Below, one piece after another: positions 46,455 through 55,101 of a DNA stretch of 64,000 nt. Made by a program: the position numbers and the translations under genes. The notes under the pieces were generated by a model. The model did not search any database. It was not told the origin of the DNA and worked only from the letters and a program-made list of their open reading frames with translations. The DNA is from a virus. Taxonomy: Duplodnaviria; Heunggongvirae; Uroviricota; Caudoviricetes. Position 1 is the stretch's first letter, and each line of letters opens with the position of its first letter. The stretch lies in IMG/VR virus record IMGVR_UViG_3300010429_001251. One strand, 5' to 3'.

Positions 46455-46646
46455 TTAATCACAAATACATCTGCAGGTTCTTAAGTCATCCTTATTTACT
46501 TGTTGAATCTCAGGATTTTGTATTTGTTCGTTTGTTTGGCGAGTTTGTATTAATGTAGGTAAGGTTAATGCTGCCACTACGCCTATTACAGCCAAAGTCA
46601 CTAAAACTTCCGCCATGGTGAATCCTTTATTCTTTCGCATCAACAA
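46455..46646 (-). CDS. Prepilin-like small protein (type IV pilin/pseudopilin N-terminal class III signal)
   Basis: KGFTMAEVLVTLAVIGVVAAL matches the G|F-T-x-x-E prepilin cleavage/methylation motif followed by a hydrophobic helix. Confidence 0.45.
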   Translation of the reverse strand: MLMRKNKGFTMAEVLVTLAVIGVVAALTLPTLIQTRQTNEQIQNPEIQQVNKDDLRTCRCICD

Positions 46647-47454
46647 TAGTAGCCCCTCCTCCTATTACTCTTGCGCCAAGAGGATAATGCCCATCCCATT
46701 TTTTAACTTCTTCAAGTTTAACAATGGAGGGATTTTTAGCAATAGCTTGAGCTGTAATCGTTAAAGCCTCAGCTTCAGCTTTTGCTTTGGCTACAGTTAT
46801 TTGAGCATCTCTTTGCGCTGCCTGGTATTCGTATTCTTTCTTTTGAGCTGTTTGCTGCATAACTTGTTTTTCCTTAATTGCAGCTTCGTACTGGTCATCA
46901 AAGTCCACATTAGTAATAGGCGTATCCATAACTAATATAGCTGGTTTTTGATTTTGCTCATTAATTACAACTTGCTTTGCTATAATAACCAGATCTTTTC
47001 TAACCTGTTCTCTACTTGTTACAAATTCACTAGCTGTATATTTTCCAGCTACTGCCTTGATGGCATCTTGAATTTTAACTCTTGCAAATACATCATAAGG
47101 ACTGCCCGAATATTTGATAATCGTATCCGATATATCCTGAGAAGGATTTGTATAGATAACGCTATATTTAATATCAATAGGCTGGTTATCTTTTGTATAA
47201 GCTTGAGCCTCTTCCGCTCTGTTCATAGGTCTAACGTTCACTTTTATAGCATCCTCAATCCAAGGAGTTTTAAAGTGCATGCCTTCATTGATTATTTCTG
47301 TACCTACTACTCCCAGTCTTTTAATAACTGCTTTTTCGCCTGAGTTTACAAAGTAAATAGGATTAAACAGTAAAAATCCTATTATACCAACTACGATTAG
47401 AACTACAGCCGCAATAGCTATAAGTTCTGCATTTGCTTGTCCGTTTCTTTTCAT
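46627..47454 (-). CDS. SPFH / band-7 (prohibitin/HflKC-like) membrane protein
   Basis: N-terminal TM, then GEKAVIKRLGVVGTEIINEGMHFKTPWIEDAIKVNVR typical of SPFH. The start is moved to the internal ATG at 47454, behind an AGAGGA RBS. Confidence 0.7.
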   Translation of the reverse strand: MKRNGQANAELIAIAAVVLIVVGIIGFLLFNPIYFVNSGEKAVIKRLGVVGTEIINEGMHFKTPWIEDAIKVNVRPMNRAEEAQAYTKDNQPIDIKYSVIYTNPSQDISDTIIKYSGSPYDVFARVKIQDAIKAVAGKYTASEFVTSREQVRKDLVIIAKQVVINEQNQKPAILVMDTPITNVDFDDQYEAAIKEKQVMQQTAQKKEYEYQAAQRDAQITVAKAKAEAEALTITAQAIAKNPSIVKLEEVKKWDGHYPLGARVIGGGATIVDAKE

Positions 47455-47509
47455 TTTCTTTCGTCCTCTTACTTTACTACTAATACATTTTTTGATGTTG
47501 TGGCTCCTC

Positions 47510-47857
47510 CTAATTCCACTTAGCATCTTTTGGTTTCACTGCTTCTATTTGTTCTACTAGTTTTTCTAAATTTGCAGGCATAGCTTCTACATTTAAATCC
47601 AATCCCATTTTATTGGCGGCGTAAATAGTATAGATTAACGATAAAACCTCTGCCATTGGTAGATGATTATCATCTACTACTTTTTCAAGAGTCATACCTA
47701 AAGCCTTAATAATGTTCATCGGTGTTCCTGTTATAAGGCTTTTAACATGCGTATAAGGGTCTTCCACTTTTAGTTGAATATCTACATAACCCGCATCTAC
47801 CATTTGTCTTTGTTTTTCAGGTAGTTCATCTAATAATTTTTTCATTTCTTCATCCAT
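47510..47857 (-). CDS. hypothetical protein
   Basis: 115-aa ORF. Confidence 0.4.
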   Translation of the reverse strand: MDEEMKKLLDELPEKQRQMVDAGYVDIQLKVEDPYTHVKSLITGTPMNIIKALGMTLEKVVDDNHLPMAEVLSLIYTIYAANKMGLDLNVEAMPANLEKLVEQIEAVKPKDAKWN

Positions 47858-48071
47858 TTTTTAAACCTTCCTTCGCTTTATTAAACTCTTCATCATAACG
47901 TTCCAGATCTGTTTTATTAAAGTAACCTTCCCCACAACCTGTACATCTTAATAGACTTAGATTATGTAAGTTTACTTGTCTTGCTTCAGTAGCGCTGATT
48001 CTAATAAAAGTAGTCATAGTTTGATTGTCTAATCTTATTAAATCAGCATCGCATTGTGGACATTTTTTCAT
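47850..48071 (-). CDS. zinc-ribbon protein
   Basis: CPQCDADL...CTGCGEGYF. Confidence 0.35.
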   Translation of the reverse strand: MKKCPQCDADLIRLDNQTMTTFIRISATEARQVNLHNLSLLRCTGCGEGYFNKTDLERYDEEFNKAKEGLKNG

Positions 48072-48084
48072 TCTAAATTCTCCA

Positions 48085-49350
48085 TTAATTAGACTTAAAA
48101 TTGTAAACGGGGTGTAAAATATCTACTATCTCAATAGTATCCTTAGTATTTTCAATTATATCACTCATATTTTTATAAGCCATTGGAGATTCATCTAATG
48201 TATTTCTGTTTACACAGGTAGAGTAGACCATCTTCATTGATTTTTGGTACTCCTCAAGGTCAAGAGCTGTTTTAGCTTTACTTCTACTCATTAGTCTACC
48301 AGCTCCGTGAGGGGCTGAGTAGTTCCAATCTTTATTGCCTTTACCTTTGGCTAAAATAGAACCATCTCTCATATTTATAGGAATAAGTAGTATCTCACCT
48401 TCCATAGCTGAAACTGCTCCTTTTCGTATAAAACCATCCGGTGATATATAATTATGGATAGTTTCAAAGGTTGATAATTGGAAGTTAGTATCTCCTCCTG
48501 AGATGAATTTAATAATCTTTGAAGCTATTTCTAGCCTATTTATAGATGCAAATTGTTGAGCTACTTGCATATCGTATAAGTAATTCTCAGCTAAGCCTCC
48601 TTCTAAAAAGCATAAGTCTTTGTGAAGGCTATCATAAATATTTCTATCAATACAGTCTTGTATAAAGTCGTCTACATCTACTTTAAATACATCTCTATGA
48701 TTATGTATAGCATTATGAAAATCTCTACTTTTTTGTTTGCAGTATTCATCCGCTTTGTTTTGATAGTACGTGGCTATTTTATGTCCAAAGTTTCTACTTC
48801 CTGAATGGATTATAAGAAACTTATCTTTAGCTGCATTTTCAGCTATTTCAATGAAGTGATTCCCTCCTCCAAGAGATCCTAAAGATTTTAAATGGCGCTC
48901 ATATGTTTTAGAATCCCCTATACGATTGCATACATCTTTAATTCCATTAGAGTTTTTATCGGTTATTAAAGAGTTTATCTTTGGGTTAACTTCATTGCCG
49001 TGAGGTATACTCTTTCTAATGAACATATCCAAGTAGCCATAACTTAAATCAGCTTGACCTAGTCTAACAGTTAACATTCCGCATCCTATATCTACCCCAA
49101 TTAAATTAGGAATAATTCGACTTGTAGACATAGTAGATGTAAAACCTACAACACACCCTTTGCCTGCGTGTACATCTGGCATTATTTTTATAGATTCATT
49201 TTTAAACATAGGGTGGTTACAGATGCTGTAGATTTGTGAGATTGCTTCTTGTTCCACATTGTCTGTGTAAATTGCTGCTGTATTGTATTTTCCAGTTACT
49301 TCAATCATAATATCCTCTTTCTTTATCTTTCTCATCAGCTGGCTCCGCAA
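48085..49350 (-). CDS. rtcB: RtcB-family RNA 3'-phosphate ligase
   Basis: RtcB motifs: PDVHAGKGCVVGFT, GGGNHFIE, IHSGSRNFGH, and C-terminal APHGAGR-like motif. Confidence 0.8.
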   Translation of the reverse strand: MRSQLMRKIKKEDIMIEVTGKYNTAAIYTDNVEQEAISQIYSICNHPMFKNESIKIMPDVHAGKGCVVGFTSTMSTSRIIPNLIGVDIGCGMLTVRLGQADLSYGYLDMFIRKSIPHGNEVNPKINSLITDKNSNGIKDVCNRIGDSKTYERHLKSLGSLGGGNHFIEIAENAAKDKFLIIHSGSRNFGHKIATYYQNKADEYCKQKSRDFHNAIHNHRDVFKVDVDDFIQDCIDRNIYDSLHKDLCFLEGGLAENYLYDMQVAQQFASINRLEIASKIIKFISGGDTNFQLSTFETIHNYISPDGFIRKGAVSAMEGEILLIPINMRDGSILAKGKGNKDWNYSAPHGAGRLMSRSKAKTALDLEEYQKSMKMVYSTCVNRNTLDESPMAYKNMSDIIENTKDTIEIVDILHPVYNFKSN

Positions 49351-49600
49351 AGTGCGTATTATAGTTATTAGGTATTAATGCTTTTTCTTTAAAGGCTTGG
49401 GATATAGACATCCATTTTTGTTCTGCTTCTATATATACTTCTAAATCTTCCGGAAACATGGTATCCATCCACTCTTTACAGTAAAAGAATACTTCAAATA
49501 AGGATGTAGTGTTAAATGCTCCGGTAGATCCCTCTTCACCTGTTTTTATAACTCTTGCTTTTACCATGATACTAGAAACCTCTCCTGACTCCCTGCACAT
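49301..49600 (-). CDS. hypothetical protein
   Basis: 99-aa ORF. Confidence 0.35.
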   Translation of the reverse strand: MCRESGEVSSIMVKARVIKTGEEGSTGAFNTTSLFEVFFYCKEWMDTMFPEDLEVYIEAEQKWMSISQAFKEKALIPNNYNTHFAEPADEKDKERGYYD

Positions 49601-49794
49601 TCACTAAAATCATTTCCGGAATATGCTACGGAATATCCTAAATCAGTTAACCGCATACGCTGGCTACCGTTTAAATTCCAATAAAACATACAATAATGTC
49701 CTAATTTAGCTTGTTTTTGTATAGCCTCAAATATGGGCTTAAGATCATCGTCTTTAGTGTTGCAGGTTATTTGTCTCGCTTCTTCAGCTCTCAT
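49561..49794 (-). CDS. hypothetical protein
   Basis: 77-aa ORF. Confidence 0.35.
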   Translation of the reverse strand: MRAEEARQITCNTKDDDLKPIFEAIQKQAKLGHYCMFYWNLNGSQRMRLTDLGYSVAYSGNDFSECAGSQERFLVSW

Positions 49795-50065
49795 TTAGTA
49801 TCTCCTTTAATACTGTATCTGTTGTAGCATTATATGCTAAAGCTAGTAGTGTTCTTTTTACAGCTTTTCTTTCTTTTGATGTAACTTCCTCTAAGGGTTT
49901 ATTCAACCTCTGAGCTGCTAAAGCCCTATACACATCCGATTGTAGTATACACGGGTCTGAACAAAGTTTAGGTTCTATATAATAATTAGCCATTACTCTA
50001 GGCTCTTGAGCTACATAATCTTCGGGGGGAAATGGAAGCATCAATGGTTTAGGTTTTTCTATCAT
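49784..50065 (-). CDS. hypothetical protein
   Basis: 93-aa ORF. Confidence 0.35.
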   Translation of the reverse strand: MIEKPKPLMLPFPPEDYVAQEPRVMANYYIEPKLCSDPCILQSDVYRALAAQRLNKPLEEVTSKERKAVKRTLLALAYNATTDTVLKEILNES

Positions 50066-50066
50066 A

Positions 50067-50249
50067 TTAAAATACCTGTTTAAATTTTAAATTATCTATT
50101 ATTTTCAGTAATACTTTAACTTGTTCTAAGGAAAGTTCGTCCACATACATATTAGGATTTGTAGACTGCATACAGTTCATTCCTTCAATTAAAGTTTTCT
50201 GAGCCTTAATAATATTATCCATATCAGTTAAACTAAAAGATAAATTCAT
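50067..50249 (-). CDS. hypothetical small protein
   Basis: 60-aa ORF. Confidence 0.3.
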   Translation of the reverse strand: MNLSFSLTDMDNIIKAQKTLIEGMNCMQSTNPNMYVDELSLEQVKVLLKIIDNLKFKQVF

Positions 50250-50983
50250 AAGATAGCCTCCTGCTTCCCTTGCACCGTAATCCCTTTATAAGTGTACAGC
50301 CCTTTATATTTTTCATTATTTAAAACTCTCTTAACTAACATAGGATAAATCTTTAAAGTTATTCCAGAACGCTGGTACACTCTTTTTATAGAATTTGAAA
50401 TATACTGGTATCCGTACCCCTGATTGTGTAGATTAAAAATTTCTCTAACTATAACAGCTTCATCCTCATTTAAGACTAATTGCTTATTCTCAGCCGTATA
50501 GCCAAAAGGTGGGCGACCAGCACAGTAGCCGCCTGTTTTAGCCTTTTGGATTTTACCGGCACACAATCTTTCAGTAATCCTACTCCTCTCGAATTCTGAA
50601 AATGCGCCGATAATCTGCCTCATTAATCTCCCCGTTGGATCATCTGCCCTAAGTGGTTCTGCCACCGATATGATCTCTATCCCGAATTTTAGTAACTCTT
50701 TTTCTATGAATAACTGTAGCATTAAGTCTCGGGCAATTCTATCAAGTTTCGCCACTATGACATGTTTAAAGCCACCTTCTTTTGCAGCCACAAACATATC
50801 AGATAAAGCTGGCCTTATTTCTTTAGATCCCGACACGCCCTCTTCAATAAATTCTTGAACTAACTCTAAATTATGCAGCTTGCAATATCTTTCGATATCT
50901 TCACGCTGAGAGTCAAGTCCAAATTTATCTTCACCGAGCTGGTTCTCGGTAGAAACTCTAAGGTATGCTACAGCCTTATTCAT
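50246..50983 (-). CDS. Serine recombinase (resolvase/invertase family)
   Basis: N-terminal catalytic motif AVAYLRVSTENQ and the downstream resolvase-domain pattern (DRIARD, DPTGRLM). The likely start is the internal Met (MNKAVAYLRVS). Confidence 0.75.
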   Translation of the reverse strand: MNKAVAYLRVSTENQLGEDKFGLDSQREDIERYCKLHNLELVQEFIEEGVSGSKEIRPALSDMFVAAKEGGFKHVIVAKLDRIARDLMLQLFIEKELLKFGIEIISVAEPLRADDPTGRLMRQIIGAFSEFERSRITERLCAGKIQKAKTGGYCAGRPPFGYTAENKQLVLNEDEAVIVREIFNLHNQGYGYQYISNSIKRVYQRSGITLKIYPMLVKRVLNNEKYKGLYTYKGITVQGKQEAIL

Positions 50984-52988
50984 AAATAACTCCTTTATCA
51001 GATTCAATTAAATTATCACTTTGTATCTTATAATCTTCATTTAATTTGCGTAAACTTTTATGTAGAACCTGTAAAAGTATTTCACAATCTTCTACTTTTA
51101 ACATATCTTTTCTACAAAATCTTCTTTGTACGTTACGGAGGTGGGTAAGAAGAAAGTTTTTTAAATCTTCTTCTTTACTCTTTCTAATATCATCTATAAG
51201 ATAACGGTCTTTGGTGTGTAATATAGCTTCATAACTAGGATAAAGAGGATGTTGTGAGTTAAGATATCCGAATGTTTTATCTAAGATTGGGTTTAATAGT
51301 TTAAGGTTTTCTAAATGTTCTTTATGCCGTGTATGGGGGTTTAATCCTCTGATTACATTATTATCATTCACGTAGTTATATAAGAATTCATCAAATTCGT
51401 GAGAATTCTGCCTAATAAATCTGGAATAAGTAGTGGAATAAACATCCCCGTTATATTCTATTCTTTCATTATCACTAGGATATCTAGTGTTTTTCTGAAT
51501 ATAATTTATAATAAGCTTAACCCAAAATGTTCTAGAAAGCTTGTTTAAGTGATATTTATTACAAATCTGTTCTAAAGTGGTGTAGTGGGTTATCGTATAT
51601 CTAGAATTTACTTCAAAATTTAGTTGATAAAAAACCTCTAATATATCTAAATTTGTGCATTGTGTTCTTTCTTTATTTACAGCAATTTTGGCAATTTTAA
51701 GATATTTTTTATTACTACTAATTATTCCTTTAGCTGTATTCTTTTTGGTTTTATATTTTAAGATATTATGAGTAGTTAAGGAGGTAGCTAGTTCCATAGT
51801 GGCAGCTGTAACTATTTTTTCTTCTTCAAAGCCTATCTTATAAAACCGCTTAGTTATATCTTTACCATTTCTTCTAGATAATCTACTAAATAGCTGATAA
51901 ATTTTATTTAGATTTAGAGTGCCGCTTAGATCTACTATATTTTCTAAATCTACATAGTTAAACCCTAATAAAGCTCTTTGAACTACTACTAAACATTTTA
52001 TAGACGTATTTTGTTTAAAATATTCGATATTTTTACTGTCAGAATCTTCGTTAGTACACGATAATACAGAAGAAATTCCTAATTTAATTAGCAGATTATG
52101 TAAATATTTAGCAGCTTTCTGATTATGGCATACAATCAAGGTTTTTTCTAAATTATTTTTTAATTCTTTAAATTCGTTAATGACTTCTATGTGTTTAATC
52201 CAATCTGTATCACTCTGTATCTGCACTAGCTTATCAAATTTAAAATTCAAGATATTAAATTGAACTTTTATTATAGTTTCAAAAATTTCCTGTAAAGTTA
52301 TTCTTATATCAATATCTGGTATATCTAGGGTTTCTTTCAATTCTTCTGTATCTGTGTATATATCTTTAACACTCCCGAAAGACAAAGGAGTAGATATAAT
52401 ATAATAACGCATATCAGCGAACCATTTTTCCCCTAATTGTTTAGATTTAGTATATAGATCTAAGAATGTATGTCCTATTAATTTATATCTAGGGCTCATA
52501 TCATTTTCGTATAAAAAACAAGAGGGTGTCGCTGTTAATAGTAGCTGTTTATTGATGTTATTTTTAATTAAAATTTCTTGATTTTCTGTAGATAGATATC
52601 TGTTATGCGCTTCATCTACTACTAATAAATCAATATCTAGGGGTTCTTTATTTTTAAATGTTTGTGGAAGGGTTATGATAACATTGGCGGTATAATCAAT
52701 ATCGTCGCCAGCATTAAGCATTTGAATCTTATATTTAGGATTTAAACTACATAAAATTTCTTCATAATTTTGAAGTTTTAGTACAGTCTGCCCCTCTGCA
52801 AAAAATACTACTCTATTATAACCATTTTCTAACAAGTGTTCTATTACTTTAGCGGCTATAAATGTTTTTCCTGAACCTGGAGGTTCCATTAATACAGGAA
52901 TCAAGTCAGTAGTTTTAATAATAGTTAGAATATTTTGTATATCTTCAACTTGGTAATCTCTTAAAGATTGTTTTAGAATAGTTTGCAT
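50976..52988 (-). CDS. DEAD/DEAH-box superfamily-2 helicase
   Basis: Walker A LMEPPGSGKTF, DEAH motif LLVVDEAHN, TAT-like motif LLLTATP. Confidence 0.65.
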   Translation of the reverse strand: MQTILKQSLRDYQVEDIQNILTIIKTTDLIPVLMEPPGSGKTFIAAKVIEHLLENGYNRVVFFAEGQTVLKLQNYEEILCSLNPKYKIQMLNAGDDIDYTANVIITLPQTFKNKEPLDIDLLVVDEAHNRYLSTENQEILIKNNINKQLLLTATPSCFLYENDMSPRYKLIGHTFLDLYTKSKQLGEKWFADMRYYIISTPLSFGSVKDIYTDTEELKETLDIPDIDIRITLQEIFETIIKVQFNILNFKFDKLVQIQSDTDWIKHIEVINEFKELKNNLEKTLIVCHNQKAAKYLHNLLIKLGISSVLSCTNEDSDSKNIEYFKQNTSIKCLVVVQRALLGFNYVDLENIVDLSGTLNLNKIYQLFSRLSRRNGKDITKRFYKIGFEEEKIVTAATMELATSLTTHNILKYKTKKNTAKGIISSNKKYLKIAKIAVNKERTQCTNLDILEVFYQLNFEVNSRYTITHYTTLEQICNKYHLNKLSRTFWVKLIINYIQKNTRYPSDNERIEYNGDVYSTTYSRFIRQNSHEFDEFLYNYVNDNNVIRGLNPHTRHKEHLENLKLLNPILDKTFGYLNSQHPLYPSYEAILHTKDRYLIDDIRKSKEEDLKNFLLTHLRNVQRRFCRKDMLKVEDCEILLQVLHKSLRKLNEDYKIQSDNLIESDKGVIYE

Positions 52989-53000
52989 ATTATCAGCTCC

Positions 53001-53357
53001 TTATATAACTATATCCTCTTCTTTTAGTGGGAATGCTTGTCCGTAGCGAGTAGTAACAACCCTATTCCATTTATTACATCTCATATTTTCATATAAGATC
53101 GATCCTGGTTGTTCTACAGCTATTTCTTCAATGGTTTTAACTGTTCCTTTATAATATGTAGGGCTTGTATTAAAAGCAGTAGTAGATCTTTTAACCATTT
53201 TTCCGTCTACTTCTACCTCATCTTCCATAACATCATAAAATTGGTAGGCGTAACAGTTATCACCTGATTTGTAGGCTTCTCTTGATTCTATTTCTTTTAC
53301 ATTAGAATCAGAAACCATAATTCCTGGATAGTATTCTCTTACATAGTGTTTTAGCAT
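53001..53357 (-). CDS. hypothetical protein (last gene of the E1-JAB operon)
   Basis: 118-aa ORF, 9 nt downstream of the E1-like gene. Confidence 0.4.
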   Translation of the reverse strand: MLKHYVREYYPGIMVSDSNVKEIESREAYKSGDNCYAYQFYDVMEDEVEVDGKMVKRSTTAFNTSPTYYKGTVKTIEEIAVEQPGSILYENMRCNKWNRVVTTRYGQAFPLKEEDIVI

Positions 53358-53366
53358 TATTTTCTC

Positions 53367-55025
53367 CTATCTTATTTTTATATGGCTTGGAATTGGATTT
53401 GTTGTGCATTCGATATGATAAAAAGGTTGCTCTCTACCCTCTTCAGTTTCACGTATAGCGCAGGTTATGAAGGTTGACGCATATTTGTATATATCTATAA
53501 TATTTTGTTTAACACAGGTATTATCTACGGGCTTACGTACTATTTTAAATTGATGTTCATTAATAAATTGTAAGCAGTGTTCTTTACATTCGTTTGATTC
53601 GCATAAGAAATAAGTTCTTCTACTAGAATCGTCTAAAGGTTGGCACATATTTAGATCTATAGCGTAGTCGTTTGTTAATAGTCTGCGAACTCTAGCACAG
53701 TTTTTAACAGGGCGCTGCTGTTCAAAAAAGTAGCTTACATCATCTATAGTGTATGGTTTAAACACATCAAAAGCAGCCTTGTCTACTAAAAGTCTTTCAT
53801 GATAGTGCGCTACTTGTTCCTCATTGCTCATATCAATAAAATAAATGCTGGCATCAATATCATCATATCTAAGATCAATCAAGTATTTAGATTCTATCAT
53901 GCCATTTTGTAGCCACTGAAAAGCTTCTAATCGGGTTTCAATAGTGTCAAATCCTAAGATAATATATTTAGATCTTACATACTTAAAATTTATCTTCTGA
54001 AATGGTCTGTTATGTCCCTTGGCTTTTTTATTTAAGTATTTTAAATAAGCTACAGATGCCTCGGATTTAGCCTTTGATACATCATTCTTATTATAGAATT
54101 GATTTCTCAAATTTTTATTTTCCACAGAATCAAAGTCTATTAATTTAAAAGTATTTAAAAAAGTAAGTCTTGACATTTGATCTAATAAATTAGTACCTGC
54201 ACTACCTAAGCCTAGGCAGATTACATCTTTAGTTACTTTTTGTAAGTTTTCATAGCCTCGGCTAATCTGTTCTCCGGTTATCTCGGGATAGCAGGTTGAT
54301 TTATTTTTAGTGCGTCTAGTAATATAATAATGGTCATCTTGTCTAAGTTTTTTAAAAACAGCCTCACTATAAAAACTTAGATTAACCTCATTTATATTGT
54401 CCGGTAAGCAATCAGCGCAGTATCCTGTATATAAATAAATTGGGTTATCATCGGGAGTAATACATACTTTACAATCCCTACAAAATACGGCTTTATCAGC
54501 ATGTTTAAGACTTACATGCTTTTGAAGGTAGATTTTAGCAGGATCGTAAGCACTACTAGGATTAGGTTTTTCTAAAAAATTGATTAAATGCCAAACTACA
54601 TTTATATCTTCAAACACATCTTTGCATTTAAAATCATTACAAAGGGATTGAGTAGTAAAATATGTGCCTACTCGTACACTTGTTTGATAAGGCATATCTT
54701 CAGTAGGCTCTACAGCTTCATATAACTCTATATCACTTGGAGTAGGAAAAACATTATAGTGCATTATTTTAGTCTTTTTAGGTTTAATTATTCTAATATT
54801 CTCTGAAGAATTATTCACTAAAAATTGAAGCTTAAATGATTCTGTTTTCCCTGTTAGTGGAATAGGAAGATTAGCGGCTCTAGGTGCTGTAATTAACCAA
54901 TACTCTGCACCACTGTAATCTACGTACTTTTTCTTTTTAATAGATTTAATACGTGTTTTAGTAGTAGTTTTGTCTATTTCTGTCTTTTTAACCACGCTTG
55001 GGGCAATAGGTGTTTCTACAGTCAT
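53367..55025 (-). CDS. E1-like (ThiF/MoeB/UBA-type) adenylyltransferase with N- and C-terminal cysteine-rich regions
   Basis: Rossmann region VICLGLGSAGTNLLDQMSRLTFLNTFKLIDFDSVENKNLRNQ matches the E1/ThiF consensus (GxGxxG ... lvDfDvVelSNLnRQ). Cys clusters CRDCKVC..CADC and C..C...C..C. Confidence 0.7.
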   Translation of the reverse strand: MTVETPIAPSVVKKTEIDKTTTKTRIKSIKKKKYVDYSGAEYWLITAPRAANLPIPLTGKTESFKLQFLVNNSSENIRIIKPKKTKIMHYNVFPTPSDIELYEAVEPTEDMPYQTSVRVGTYFTTQSLCNDFKCKDVFEDINVVWHLINFLEKPNPSSAYDPAKIYLQKHVSLKHADKAVFCRDCKVCITPDDNPIYLYTGYCADCLPDNINEVNLSFYSEAVFKKLRQDDHYYITRRTKNKSTCYPEITGEQISRGYENLQKVTKDVICLGLGSAGTNLLDQMSRLTFLNTFKLIDFDSVENKNLRNQFYNKNDVSKAKSEASVAYLKYLNKKAKGHNRPFQKINFKYVRSKYIILGFDTIETRLEAFQWLQNGMIESKYLIDLRYDDIDASIYFIDMSNEEQVAHYHERLLVDKAAFDVFKPYTIDDVSYFFEQQRPVKNCARVRRLLTNDYAIDLNMCQPLDDSSRRTYFLCESNECKEHCLQFINEHQFKIVRKPVDNTCVKQNIIDIYKYASTFITCAIRETEEGREQPFYHIECTTNPIPSHIKIR

Positions 55026-55101
55026 AAGTTTCTCCTTCTATTCATAAGCCATCGTCAGTGCGGCTATTTGCCGCAGACCGCTCAGTTAAGAGCGGTTTCG
55101 G

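Noticed and set aside
46948-47343. Plus-strand 131-aa ORF
   Set aside because: Entirely antisense to the well-supported SPFH gene; low-complexity translation.
48622-48804. Plus-strand ORFs inside minus-strand genes: 48622-48804, 50670-50858, 56781-56969, 59096-59326, 62324-62509, 63286-63522
   Set aside because: Antisense to RtcB, recombinase, phosphoesterase and other minus-strand genes; spurious.
50246-50983. Prophage integrase marking an attachment site or prophage boundary
   Set aside because: The protein is resolvase-sized (no large-serine-recombinase C-terminal domains). No attL/attR-like repeats or host genes are evident, and the whole window looks phage-like.
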